The notes: generated from the sequence alone by a model not told the origin. Shown: positions 23,616 to 35,800, counted from the first letter of the whole stretch. The stretch: DNA of 63,536 nt, filler included, from Octopus bimaculoides (GCF_001194135.2; 4 parts of 4 records of this genome joined end to end with filler, not necessarily neighbours in it); one strand, 5' to 3'. A program made the numbers and translations.

Positions 23616-24515
23616 TATTCACCGAGATTTAAAACGTTACGCGAGAATCTCGTTTACTCCTTCTCTCTCTCTCTCTCTCTCGTTCGCTCTCCTCTCTCCT
23701 TTTCTCTATCGCTCTGCCGTTCTTAGTCTATATCTCTCTCCCTCTCCCTCACGATCTCTCTGTATTTCCCCCTCCGTCCTTTTTTCTATGTGGCTTCTCT
23801 CACCTTCTCCCTCATAAGCTATCTATTTCTCTCTCCTCTTTTTTCTGTCTCTCTCCCACTTTATCTCTCAACTCCTCCTTCCCAGTCTCGCTCTTACACT
23901 CTCACTCATCCTCGACTTGACAGTCTCGTACTCATCCAACGTTTTAATATATTTCTTCTTTATTTCCTTCTTTCTTTCTCTATTGTAATGTTATTACCTT
24001 AAATTTAAATTAATTTACCGAGATCAAGCAAAGACTCACTTTTCCCCTTAAAATCTCTTATACTTAATCTCAAACTTCATTCAAAGCCTCCCACTCACAG
24101 TTCCCACTCATACTCACTGAGTCATTCGTGACTCGACACATCAACAGACGATAATTCTTTTATATATTAATTTTACTTGCTTCTGTCGTTGGACTGTGGC
24201 CATACTGGAGCCACTGCCTTGAAGGGTTTAATCTACGCGTCTCCAAAGTGGTCGATATCGACTCCTCAGGGCCGATGGGACTATCCAAGGGGTCGACCAA
24301 CGCACATCTACTCAATTATTATTATTATTATTATTATTTGTTTACTTTCTTGTACATGCCCGGGGGTGGGGGTCGATGAGGGGGGGTCAGTCGAACAAAT
24401 CGACTACAGTACTTTTTTTTTGTTGCAAACCTGGCATTTATTCTATTGGTCTGTTTTACTGAACGTAAACAAACAAACACCGGTTGCCAAATGGTGGTGG
24501 ATCACAAAGACAGAT

Positions 24516-24558
<43 letters not shown>

Positions 24559-25249
24559 GATGGATACATAGATACATACATACACGCACGCATTCACACA
24601 CAGAGACACACACTGTAGGTTTCCACCTACCAAATTCACTCATAAAGTACTGGTCGGCCTAGGGTTATTGTAGAAGACACTTGTCCAAAGTGTCAAACTG
24701 TGATTCTGAACCCGGAATCCTTTGGTTGGGATGTAAGCTGCTTAACCACACAATAATGTGAACAATAGCGTCGTGGATTAAGTATTTCTAAGTCAAAGAA
24801 TTCACTGCTTTACTGGATTTTCTGCAAATCGGAGCAGAACAAATATCGTTAATGGACTTCGGTCCAAAGAGTACCGCATTTTCAGGTACTCTTGCCGAGG
24901 GTTTGGAAAAAAAAAAGAGGGTGGAGTGACGACAGAGAAATAATTAGAGGGAGTAAGCGGGAAGGGGGGATATACGAAGAATTATAGAGATAGTGAGAAA
25001 GAAAGCAAGAGGGTGAAATAGAATAACAGAGAGAGAGAGAGAAGGGGGAAGAAAGAGAGGTGTCTTAGCATGGTCACAGCTGGCATGAGGTGGGTGGGAC
25101 AGGGAAAAGAGTTAAAGGGAGAGGAAGTAAGAAATAGACTAAGATCTACAGAGAGAGATGGAGGGAGAGGAAGAAATAGACTAACAGTTAAAGAGGAAGG
25201 GGAGGATGTAATAAAGTAATATTTAAAAAGAGAGTGGGACGGAGAAAGG

Positions 25250-25416
25250 TCTGAAGTAGACAGAGGGGGAAGTAGACAGAGTATCATAGATCAATAGACA
25301 GAAGGGGAGGTTGGATCAATAGACAGAGGGGGAAGTAGACAGAGTATCATAGATCAATAGAGACAGGGGGAGGTTGGAAAGAGAAGCTGTATATGTAAAA
25401 GGGATTAAGGAGGGAG

Positions 25417-25470
<54 letters not shown>

Positions 25471-25790
25471 GTGCAAAGAAGGTGTAAATGCAGTGAGAGG
25501 GATAAAAGAAAAAAGCAGTTACGAAAGAGGAGGGAGGTATGCAGTGAGAGAAAGTGAAAGAGAGCGAGCCTGAACGATAGAGTAAGAGATGTAGAGAGAG
25601 ATATAAAAATGTGATAGAGAGAGAGAGAGCGCGCCTGAACCATAGAGTAAGAGATGTAGAGAGAGATATAAAAATGTGATAGAGAGAAGATAGTATGAGA
25701 GAGAGAGAGAGAGAGAGAGCGCCTGAACCATAGAGTAAGAGATGTAGAGAGAGATATAGTATGAGAGAGAGAGAGAGAGAGAGAGTGTTC
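25250..25790. repeat. GA-rich tandem repeats upstream of PYM1
   Basis: agagggggaagtagacagagtatcatagatcaataga occurs twice (25260-25365). gcctgaaccatagagtaagagatgtagagagagatata-type units occur three times (25565-25760), separated by (GA)n. Confidence 0.8.
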
Positions 25791-25811
25791 CGGTTGCAGG
25801 GGAAGTGACGT
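25788..25811 (+). promoter_or_regulatory. Putative housekeeping promoter motifs (ETS plus CRE half-site) just upstream of the PYM1 ATG
   Basis: TTCCGG at 25788-25793 and GGAAGTGACGT at 25801-25811, 27 nt before the ATG. Confidence 0.5.
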
Positions 25812-25837
25812 AGCTGTTCCTTGTCTCAAATAACGAC

Positions 25838-28759
25838 ATGGCCAGTGTACAAATCGAGCGAACTGGTGTGATACGAGACGAAAAAACAGGTAAATATCGA
25901 TATATATATATCTATATTGATCCTATATTGAACATCCTTCATGCCTATCGATAAATATAAAGAAAAAATGACGCAATGCCTGCAGATGCTCCAATATTGT
26001 TTACCAAATGTCTGTCTTCATTAGGGGTTTTCTTAAGGTTGTTGTTGTTTAACCCTGGGCTGGCCCTCGTCCTCTCTCCATCCTCTGATCATAGACGTCG
26101 AACACGTAATCATCCCGCCTTTTTTAAAGTACGATTGTATGTAGGACCACATTATTTTATATATACAGTTGTCTCTGTTGATTTTCTATCTCTGGTATGG
26201 TACGATTTAGTAGTTTAGCTGCTGTTTCTTGCAGAGGCGAGTCCACGTAGGAGATTCCCTTCTCCCGTTTAGTGCTTCCAAGGGAGTGTTTTTTTTGGGG
26301 TTTTTTTTTTTTTTTCATGTTTGGGGGCATATGTTACGTGGTAACTGAACATGAACATTGAATATGAATAATATTACGAAAGGTGGGGGAAAAAATCAGA
26401 GGCGGGCATGCCTCGCTGAGTGAGTAATGTGTGTATGAACGATGGGACACAAATGAGATGTGTGACAGAGAGGGAGAAAGAGAGAGTGGAAGAAGCAAAA
26501 GAAATTTGTTATGAGAGGAATCTGATATAGTGGTGTGCAGGAGAAACGAATGAGCTGGTGTAGGCATGTGCTGTACAAATAGGGTGTGATAGTTGGGCAA
26601 AGCAGTGACAAGTCGAAGGAATTTAGAACCTGCAGAAAGGAAAGAAATAATGAAGGGTGATTCCTNNNNNNNNNNNNNNNNNNNNNNNNNNNNGGGGGGG
26701 GGGGGGGTTAAACTTCACGGAGGAGTCGACAGTGGACCATAATAGACGATCAAACGCTTTGAAAAAATCACCCCATCCATATCGATACTGGTCGGGGAGA
26801 AAAAGAAATCAACAAAAAAACGGACGTAAATATTATTATGAGGACATAAGGCGGTGAGCTGGCAGAAACGTTAGCACGCCGGATGAAATGCTTAACGGTA
26901 TTTCGTCTATCTTTCGTTCTGAGTTCAAATTCCGCCGAGGTCGACTTTGCCTTTCATCCTTTCGGGGTCGATAAATTAAGTACCAGGTGCGCACCGGGGT
27001 CGATCTAATCGACCGGCTCCCTCCCTCAAATTTTCGAGCCCTATGCCTGGAGTAGAAAAGCTTTTTATGATGGTATGTGTAGGGTAAGAAAATTAAGTGC
27101 GATCTCATGCATGTATATGTATACATATACACGTGCTGGCGGGAAATATAGAACCCTCATGGATGGTGACATATGCATATGTAGTATAGTTATATTCCTA
27201 CATAGGTGCTGTTGTGGTTATGTGGTTAAGTTTGCTTCCCAAGCATCTGGTCTTGGGTTCAGTCCTACTGTGTGGAATCTTTAGCAAGTGTATCATACTT
27301 TGAACTGATTAAAACCTCATGAGTAGATTTGGCAGAAACCGAAAGTGTTCTGTCCTGTGTGTAAATATATAAATATATTTACGTTTATTTACAAACATAT
27401 ATATCACGTGACCACATGGCTAACCACACTATCAGATGTTATCACACATCGCTGCTCACACTAATTTAAAACGTTGTTTTAGCGTTTGAATGATGCCACC
27501 TTGCTGGCTAGGCAAGCAGGCCAACACTCCTCCTGATTGAAAGGGGAACTGGAGCAATGTGAAAAGAAAGGCTTTGTTCAAGAACACAATGTGTTGCCTG
27601 GTCTGGGAGTCCAACTTGTGATTGCCAGTGCAACAGCCCAACCACTAAGTCACACGCCTTTTCGGTCACTAGATATCCTTTTTTAATTTTTATTACTGAT
27701 ATGACATAATATGTCATATGTGTTTGTATATTGGTTTTATTGTCCTGTCCTCTTAATTGAAAAATAAACAGGTAAATTGATATAATACAATGTCTGCAAG
27801 TTGATGAGTACCACATATTCCCCCTCCATTTTCTTATTGCTATATATATATATATATATACCGTGTAAATGTTGATCTGTGAGTTTGATTTTGGNNNNNN
27901 NNNNNNNNNNNNNNNNNNNNNNNNNNNNNNNNNNNNNNNNNNNNNNNNNNNNNNNNNNNNNNNNNNNNNNNNNNNNNNNNNNNNNNNNNNNNNNNNNNNN
28001 NNNNNNNNNNNNNNNNNNNNNNNNNNNNNNNCAACAACAACCAGCAGCACGTTCGTGCTGCTGGTCGTGGTGAGAGGGATAACTCCCTTGGCAAACAGGA
28101 CACAGTCGTGTGTCGATAAGCCAGCTGGAGGAGATGTCCTCCTGGGGCTAAAAGCAACAGTAACATCCACCCCTAGGGGTCAGCCACACTTAAGTGGCAA
28201 TATACTACACTTTATCGTGCAGTTACTGTTAATACTTCATTTAGAGAATTAACATTGCTTATATATATATTGCTATATATATATATATATATACCGTGTA
28301 AATGTTGATCTGTGAGTTTGATTTTGGCTTGGGTTAGCTCATCATTTTTCAGTCAATTGTTTATCTATAAATGTCACTTTAAATTGAACTATATATATAT
28401 ATATATATATAGTAGTAGTACTTCAATAAAATGGCTCCTGAAACACTCTTGAAAGTGGTTGGTGATTGAAATATGAGCAAGAGAGGGTTCCCTGACCTAT
28501 TGAAGGATTTGAACCACTCATGACGTCATGTAATGCTTGCCTGGAAAGTGGACCTAGAATTATGAGGATGATGATTATGCACACCAACACACACACATAC
28601 ACACACACTTCTTGTCTGTCTATGATAATGATAATAATCTGTCTCTAATTGTTTGTTACCAGGGGAGACATTTATTCCTGCCTCAAAGAGACCCGATGGC
28701 ACCTGGAGAAAACCTCGTCGTGTGAGAGATGGCTACATACCCCAGGAAGAGATGCCAGT
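25838..28759 (+). CDS. PYM1: Partner of Y14 and Mago (PYM1/wibg), exons 1-2; the large last exon was not found
   Basis: Exon 25838-25889 ([17 protein letters not shown], donor gtaaat, phase 1) joins exon 28663-28759 ([33 protein letters not shown], donor gtaagt). [14 protein letters not shown] is the PYM Mago-binding signature. Confidence 0.93.
28032..28255 (-). mobile_element. Retroelement 3' fragment with a terminal stem-loop and (TTG)n tail, in PYM1 intron 1
   Basis: (CAA)n at 28032-28040 next to the perfect hairpin ACCAGCAGCAC-GTTC-GTGCTGCTGGT (28040-28065). Confidence 0.45.
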
Positions 28760-29239
28760 GTAAGTTCTCCCATGATTTCTTCTTTGCTACTTTTAGTTCT
28801 TACCGAAAACATTAAAAAAAGAAGAAAAAAAATCCTTGCATTAAAAACCAGGTTTTTTGTTGTTGTGTGTCTCTGGTTGAACCCTAATCAAGTAGGCTAT
28901 TGAGGAAAGACCACCTTGTCTTTTTTTAATGCTATTTGGAACCCTCTAATTGAATGAGTCTTGTTACTTGTAAATGATAGGATGCAGTTTTGAGGGAGAT
29001 CTGTCTGTTGTTTGTAGCTGGTAGTTTGCCTGCGTAAAGGTTCTTTCAAAGTTTGTCTGTGAACAATCTGAAAACTAATATTACTATATATATATACACA
29101 GCCATGCCATGGATAGGTTCAGGAAGGACTTGATAAAATTATTCAAGGAGTCCATAGTAGTTACCACCAACCTGACTATGGTCGATTTCTTGAAATGTAA
29201 CCTTAGACCATGGAAATTAATATGCACAAGTCAAATTTT

Positions 29240-29640
29240 GCAACACCACATATGAAAAATGGCATCGCTTAAATGGCAGCCATTCTCAGCTTCGCATGCC
29301 TGCAACTCTTTCCAGAACTTGCACGCTAACACCCTCAAGAATTTCAGACCCTACTTCTCTGATTTCTTTATTGATGTTCTCCTTGAATTGCACCAGGGTC
29401 TCCAGTTTGTTGACGCAAACCCTCTCTTTCAGGTATCCCAAGTCTGGGATAGTCAAATCTGAGGAATGCCAGCTGTCGTTGCCGTAGCGGGAGATTATTC
29501 TCTCTCCAAAGCACTGCCGTAACAACTGCATTGTTTCTCTTGCAGTATGAACAGTTGCCCTATCTTGCTGGAGGTCTACTTTGAATGGCCTTCACGTTCC
29601 TCAATCTTGACCAGTCCACATGCTTCCTGAATAATCACAT
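29240..29640 (-). mobile_element. Tc1/mariner transposase C-terminal fragment
   Basis: QQDRATVHTARETMQLLRQCFGERIISR...DLGYLKERVCVNK...ENGCHLSD resembles DDE/DDD catalytic C-terminal motifs, with the WP.RSPDL region degraded. Confidence 0.8.
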
Positions 29641-29664
29641 TATCAAAATCTCAAAGCCACAACT

Positions 29665-29968
29665 TAACCCTTTAGCATTTAAACCGGCCATATCCGGCCA
29701 AAAGTATTCTGCCTGTTTTATGTTCAAACTGGCCAGATCTGGTCTCTCACACCAACGCTACAATATTGTTTTAAAAATTAACAGCTATCTCATCAAAATC
29801 TCATACCTATAAGATAATGTATGATTAGTTCAAAACAATGTAGATGAAAAAGCATTAATTTTGACAGAATAATGCGAACACTAAAGGGTTAATGCATGTT
29901 TAATTCAAACCAATATGAATGAAATAAGCATTACATTTAACAGAGCAATCAGAATGCTAAAGGGTTAA
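29665..29968. mobile_element. MITE (aaccctttagcatt...aatgctaaagggtt); related copy at 16815-17030
   Basis: Terminal inverted AACCCTTTAGCATT / AATGCTAAAGGGTT; the internal sequence is shared with the 16.8-kb copy. Confidence 0.7.
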
Positions 29969-30424
29969 GTCAGTCGTATCTGGTTCAATTATTCTATGTG
30001 TTTTTGATGTTCAGACTAACCAGGTTTGACCTCTCAAACATGTATTCTGGGATATCATTCTAAAACTAAACAACCACCACCGGCACGAGGGCCAGTCAGG
30101 CGAGTACTGGCGATGGCCACGCTCGAAATGGTGTATTTTATGTGCAGGTGGCACGTAAAATACACCATTTCGAGCATGACCGTCGCCAGTACCCGCCTGA
30201 CTGGCCCTCGTGCCGGTGGCACGTAAAAGCACCCACTACACTCTCGGAGTGGTTGGCGTTAGGAAGGGCATCCAGCTGTAGAAACTCTGCCAAATCAGAT
30301 TAGAGCCTGGTGTAGCCATCTGGTTTCACCAGTCCTCAGTCAATCGTCCAACTCATGCTAGCATGGAAAGCGGACGTTAANNNNNNNNNNNNNNNNNNNN
30401 NNNNNNNNNNNNNNNNNNNNNNNN

Positions 30425-30436
30425 TTAATTAATTAA
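30425..30436. other. Artificial scaffold linker TTAATTAATTAA within a 100-nt N spacer (also 47086-47097 and 61007-61018)
   Basis: An identical 12-mer with stops in all six frames, flanked by 44 N on each side, at three sites. Confidence 0.9.
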
Positions 30437-30891
30437 NNNNNNNNNNNNNNNNNNNNNNNNNNNNNNNNNNNNNNNNNNNNGGATGACACGTAAAAGCACC
30501 CACTACACTCTCTGAGTGGTTAGCGTTAGGAAGAGCATCCAGCTGTAGAAACTATGCCAAATTAGATTGGAGCCTGGTGTTGCCATCCGGTTTCACCAGT
30601 CCTCAGTCAAATCGTCCAACCCATGCTAGCATGGAAGGCGGACGTTAAACGATGATGATGATGATGATGATGATATATATAAGGTGATGTTATGTTGCCA
30701 ACTCAATATGGCAGTCCCATGAAAGGGAAGAATGCGACTGCTATTTAGCCCTGGGAAACACCGTTTCCAGTTGGCCTTGACACATTTTCTGTGTCCTTAT
30801 GTTTTCAAACAGGAGAGATAAGCACCTCTACCCAGCAAAGCCAGCATCCAGAGACTAGTTTCAGAGTCATTACTCATCATCAGTCTGGAGT

Positions 30892-31086
30892 AGCATGGCT
30901 TGCTAGCTGTCAATGCTTATTCACCTAAGTTGGCAACATAGCATCACATTATCATGGTGATACTATATAAATCTCTCTGAGTGATTTAGAAATGCAATAT
31001 TTCTATTTTCAAAATCAGTGAATGTATTTCACTTGAAATATATGTTTTCAAAGGCAAATAAGCACTGACAGCTAGCAAGCCATGCC
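30892..31086. mobile_element. MITE with about 29-bp TIRs
   Basis: gcatggcttgctagctgtcaatgcttatt ... aataagcactgacagctagcaagccatgc. Confidence 0.7.
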
Positions 31087-31159
31087 TTTTTCTTGTTTTT
31101 TGAAGAATTCGAAGCGAGATTTTTTGTGCAAAGCCACTGTTGTTGGGTGGAAGTGACTA

Positions 31160-32373
31160 ATGAAAAAAATGAAGAGTTACGCAGAAGCTACTGGAGGTCA
31201 AGACACCCTGGAGCCACATGTGCTGAAGCCGAAGAGGATGGAGTGGAATGAAGAGAAGATAACAAAATATTATGGCATGATAAAAAAAGAAGGATCAAAC
31301 ATAAAAATGACCCTGCCTGAGGAAGAAAAAAAGAAAAATGGAAAGCAGGACAGTGATATTCAGAACATTTTCAAATGAAGATAGGAGAATAGAACACACG
31401 TCGCAGGAAGAGATAAAGGAAATATTGAAGGAACGAATGGGTGAAGGAATAACTTTTTTTACAAGAGGAAGGAAATATGTGACTATAACAGTAACCTTTG
31501 CATCAAAAGAGGAGGCGAAAATGAATGATAACAGACTGATACTTGGAGAGAAATGGACATTGATGTTGAGCTGTTTGGGTAAAAGAATCGTCAGGGTCAG
31601 GGTGGGAAGAATCCCATCGTCGATAGACTCAGAATGGGTAATAGTTGCAATTTTTAATTCAGAGCTGGTGAAAGGAAGTGAAAACCTGGAGATTTGCATA
31701 GTAAGCAGAACTCAACAATTGAATTGATGGGTATATGGTATTGAAGAATATTACAAAGAAATGGCGAAAACTGTGGAATTACCAAATGGTGAAAAACTGG
31801 AAGTAATGTTGGAGTGGAGACCCCCAAAATGTTACAGATGTGGTGAAAGAGAGCACCTGAGAAGGAAATGCCCAAGAGCAGCAGTAGAAATGGTGGAAGA
31901 GAGTGTACAGTAAGATATAGTGGTGGAAAAAAAAGCAGAAGCAGAGAACGGAATATGATAGGAATTTGGCTGAGGTAAAACCCAGGAAAAGAGAAAGAAG
32001 AAAGTCACCGACGACAGTGGAAGTGAAGAAGTGTAAAGGAATGGAAGAAGAAACTCAACCCATGACAAGAAACGGAGAAAATTTACCAGTGGAAGTACCA
32101 GCAAAGGAATTAAAAGGACAGAGTCATGCAGACCAGAAACAAGACAACCCAGAAGTACAGAAACTTAAAAACATAGACACACAGACGAAACACGTAGAGT
32201 TACAGTCAAACGAACACACAAACAGACAAATACATGAACACACAGACTTAGAGATGAAGATACAAGAACACACAAAACAGCAGGAAAATAGAAACAAAAA
32301 GAGACAATATGAAAAACACAAACAAAAGGAAAATTATAGTGAGACAGGACACCCCCACCGTAAAGGAGTGTAA
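31160..32373 (+). mobile_element. Frameshifted LINE ORF1 (gag-like) with a CCHC zinc knuckle, L1/Tx1-like
   Basis: CYRCGEREHLRRKC (CX2CX4HX4C) at 31830-31871, preceded by an RRM-like V.V.RIP..I...W segment and followed by a Lys/Glu-rich tail; several stops and shifts. Confidence 0.7.
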
Positions 32374-32858
32374 GAGTGAAAGACATTGCGAGAGACAGAA
32401 GAGATAAGTCGATACAATTTTGCAAAGACTGTAAGTGAGGAAAATAATTATTTAAACTTTTAAGGAAAAAAAGAAAAAATGGAAAAACAAGTCATTTTGC
32501 AATGGTTGAGTGAGCAGGTTTCCAAAATGTCTAAAAAAAAAAAATAATGTGATATACATTTGGTTGACTTTAATTTAAAAAAAAAAGGAAAAATAAGAAG
32601 TAAATCTTGTTTGAACATTTGTTTATAAGGTGTAATTATAGGGCAAAAGCAAAAAGGGAAGTCGCGGTTTCACCTCGGAGCAAGGCTAAAGGTTGTGTAA
32701 AAGTTAATGGTAAAGGAATACACAGTTTCATCTTGCAGAGAGGCTCTATTAGTGAGAAATTCTAGAAAATAAAACCAAAAAAAAGAAAAGGAACACACAC
32801 TCACACATATACACTCACACACACATTAATAGATACATAACATATATGCAAATCTTAC

Positions 32859-35800
32859 CTGTGCCTGCCAATCACCAACAGTGAGGAAGTTTTTGGTGAA
32901 AAAAGGGTTTCGTTGAACGGCATAGACTGGACCTGAATGCGCCTTGTAGATAGTGACAAGTTTTTCAGCATCTGATTTGGCTTTCCTGTTGCACAAAATG
33001 ATAGTTCCATATTCGGTGCCAACCATAAATTTAGTAGGCTACAGTTTAGGAGAGAAGACAATACAAAAACAAGGAATAACATTAATTAAAGATCTGTTAA
33101 TATTGATTTTAAATTTTGCCACAAGGCCACCGATTTCAGAAGAGAGAATAAATCGATTACATACATCAACCCCAGTGCTCACCTGGTACCAATTTATTGA
33201 CCCCAGCGAATTTGAACTCAGAATGTGAAGACAGATTAAATGCCGCTAAGCATTTTGTCCAGTGCGCTAGCAATTCTGCCAGCTCGCCACCTTAACCCAT
33301 TACCTCCCATAACTGGAATTTTTTTATGAAACTTTGATTTCTAGCATAAAACAGCCTTAGAAACACGCTGGAATGATCAAAATAACATTTCAAAATAACA
33401 TTTTAAATAGAAATAAGCAAGATATTGAGTGAAAAATTAGCAAACCTCATTTGAATATCAGAGAAATATACCTAGTAGATATAGCAAAAAGGTTAGATAT
33501 ATGTAAATATTGACAGATAATTACGAAATTTGTAATTTTTAAGTGATCTCATATGAGATCACTGGTAGGTAATGGGTTAAGCTATGTTAATATTGATTTA
33601 AAACTTTATCATAAGGCCACCGATTTCTGGAGAGGGAGTAAAGCAATTACATACATTGACCCCATTGCTCAACTGGTACTTATATTATTGACTCCAAAAC
33701 GATGAAAGGCAAAGTCAACTTCAGCAGAATTTGGACTCAGAACACGAAGATGGATGAAATGTTGCGAAGAATTCTGCCAGCTCACTGCCTTAACCTGTGT
33801 TAATATCCATTTCAAATTTTGGCATAAGGCTAGTAAGTTTGGGAAAGTGAGTGAGTCAATTGCAGTGACCCCGTTGCTCAACCAGTACTTGTATTACTGA
33901 CCCCAAATGGATGAAAGGCAAAGTCGACCTCAGCAGAATTTGAACTCAGAACATAAAGACAGACAAAATGCCACTAAGCATTTTCCTGGTGTGCTAATGA
34001 TTCTTATTTCTTTATTGCCCACAAGGTGCTAAACATAGAGGGGATAAACAAGGACAGACAAAGGTATTAAGTTGATTACATCGACCCCAGTGCGTAACTG
34101 GTACTTAATTTATTGACCCCGAAAGGATGAAAGGCAAATCAATCTCGGCGGAATTTGAACTCAGAACGTAATGGCAGACGAAATACCGCTAAGCATTTCA
34201 CCCGGCATGCTAATGATTCTGCCAGCATGCTGCCTTAGGCTGGGTTAATATTAATAGTTGTGAAGGCAGAAAGCTGGCAGAATCATTAGCATGTCAGGCA
34301 AAATGCTTAGTAACTTTTTGTCTATCTTTACATTCTGAGTTCAACTTCTGCCATGGTTGACTTTGTATTTCATCCTTTCAGATTCAATAAAACAAGTGCC
34401 AATTTAGCACTGGGGTCAATGTACCCTTCCTCCAAAATTGTTGGCCTTGTGCTGAAATTTGAAATCTATATTATTAATAGATGTTAGTTTACCTTAGAAG
34501 AGTCATTTTTTCCCATAAAATCACATGCACTGGTTATGTTTCATTTCTTTTATTATTATTAATCAACTAAGGCAGTGAGCTGGCAGAATTGTTAGCATGC
34601 TGGGAAAAATGCTTAGCAGCATTTTTGTCCATCCTTATATTCTGAGTTCAAATTCCACCGAGGTTGACTTTGCCTTTCATCCTTTTGGGGTCAATAAATT
34701 AAGTGCCAGTGAAACACTGGGGCCAATGTAATTGATGACTAGTCCTCTCCCCCCAAAATTTCATGCCTTGTGCCTTTAGTAGAAAGGATTATTATCAATC
34801 AACTTATGCAATGAGCTGACAGAAATGTTAGCATGCCAGACAAAATGCTTAGCAACACATCGTCCATTTTTACATTCTAAGTTCAAATTCTGCCAAAGTC
34901 ATCTTCGTCTTTCATCCTTTCACAATCAATAAAATAAGTAGCAGTTGAACATCATGTCAACTTCCCTTCAAAAGTTGCCAGCCTTGTACCAAAATTTGAA
35001 ACCACCATTATCAATCAACTAAAAGCAGAAGCTGGTAAAATCATTAGAGCATCAGAAAAGACGTCTTGTGGTATTTTTACCAACTCTTTACATTCTGAGT
35101 TTAAATCCTGTCAATTGTCATCTATGCCTTTCATCTTTTTGGGTTGGATAAAATAAAGTACCAGTCAGGTATTGATGTTAATGGTATTGACTAAGACCCT
35201 CCCCTCAAAATCATTGGCCTTGTGCCTCAATCAGAAACCGTTATTATCATTCAACCAATTAACTAATTGATTTCAAATTTTGGCACAGGGCCAGCAATTT
35301 TGGAGGAGGGGGTAAGCAGATTACATCGAACCCCAGTGCTCAACTGGTACTTATTTTTTTGACCCCAAAAGGATGAAAAGCAAAATGAATCTCAGCAGAA
35401 TTTGAACTCAGAACATGAAGACAGATGAAATGTCACTAAGCATTTTGCCTGGCATGATAATGTTTCTGCCAGCTGTTCGCCTTAACCAATTAACTAATTA
35501 ACTCATCAATTATTTGCCCAAACAATCAAAGTTCTTTCGCCACCATCTGCAACCATCCCAGTAGTGTGCCATCAGCTGCCTCACTTTTGACAAACCAAGA
35601 AATGAACTCATTGATCAATCAATTAACTTAATAGATGTAGTAGTTTATCAATTAATTAAGTAGATAAATTAATAAAAAAGATTAGGTAATTAATTAATTT
35701 CTTTAGTGACAATAGTAAAAAGATGCAAAATATGATCAGTGCATGTGTTTTTATTGGCAAAATGACCCTCCCAAGGTACAACAACATGTTTCAACATGAT

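Noticed and set aside
10370-35485. Regularly spaced repeats (minisatellite, SINE array) that might suggest a CRISPR array
   Set aside because: Eukaryotic context, no unique spacers of constant length, and no cas genes.
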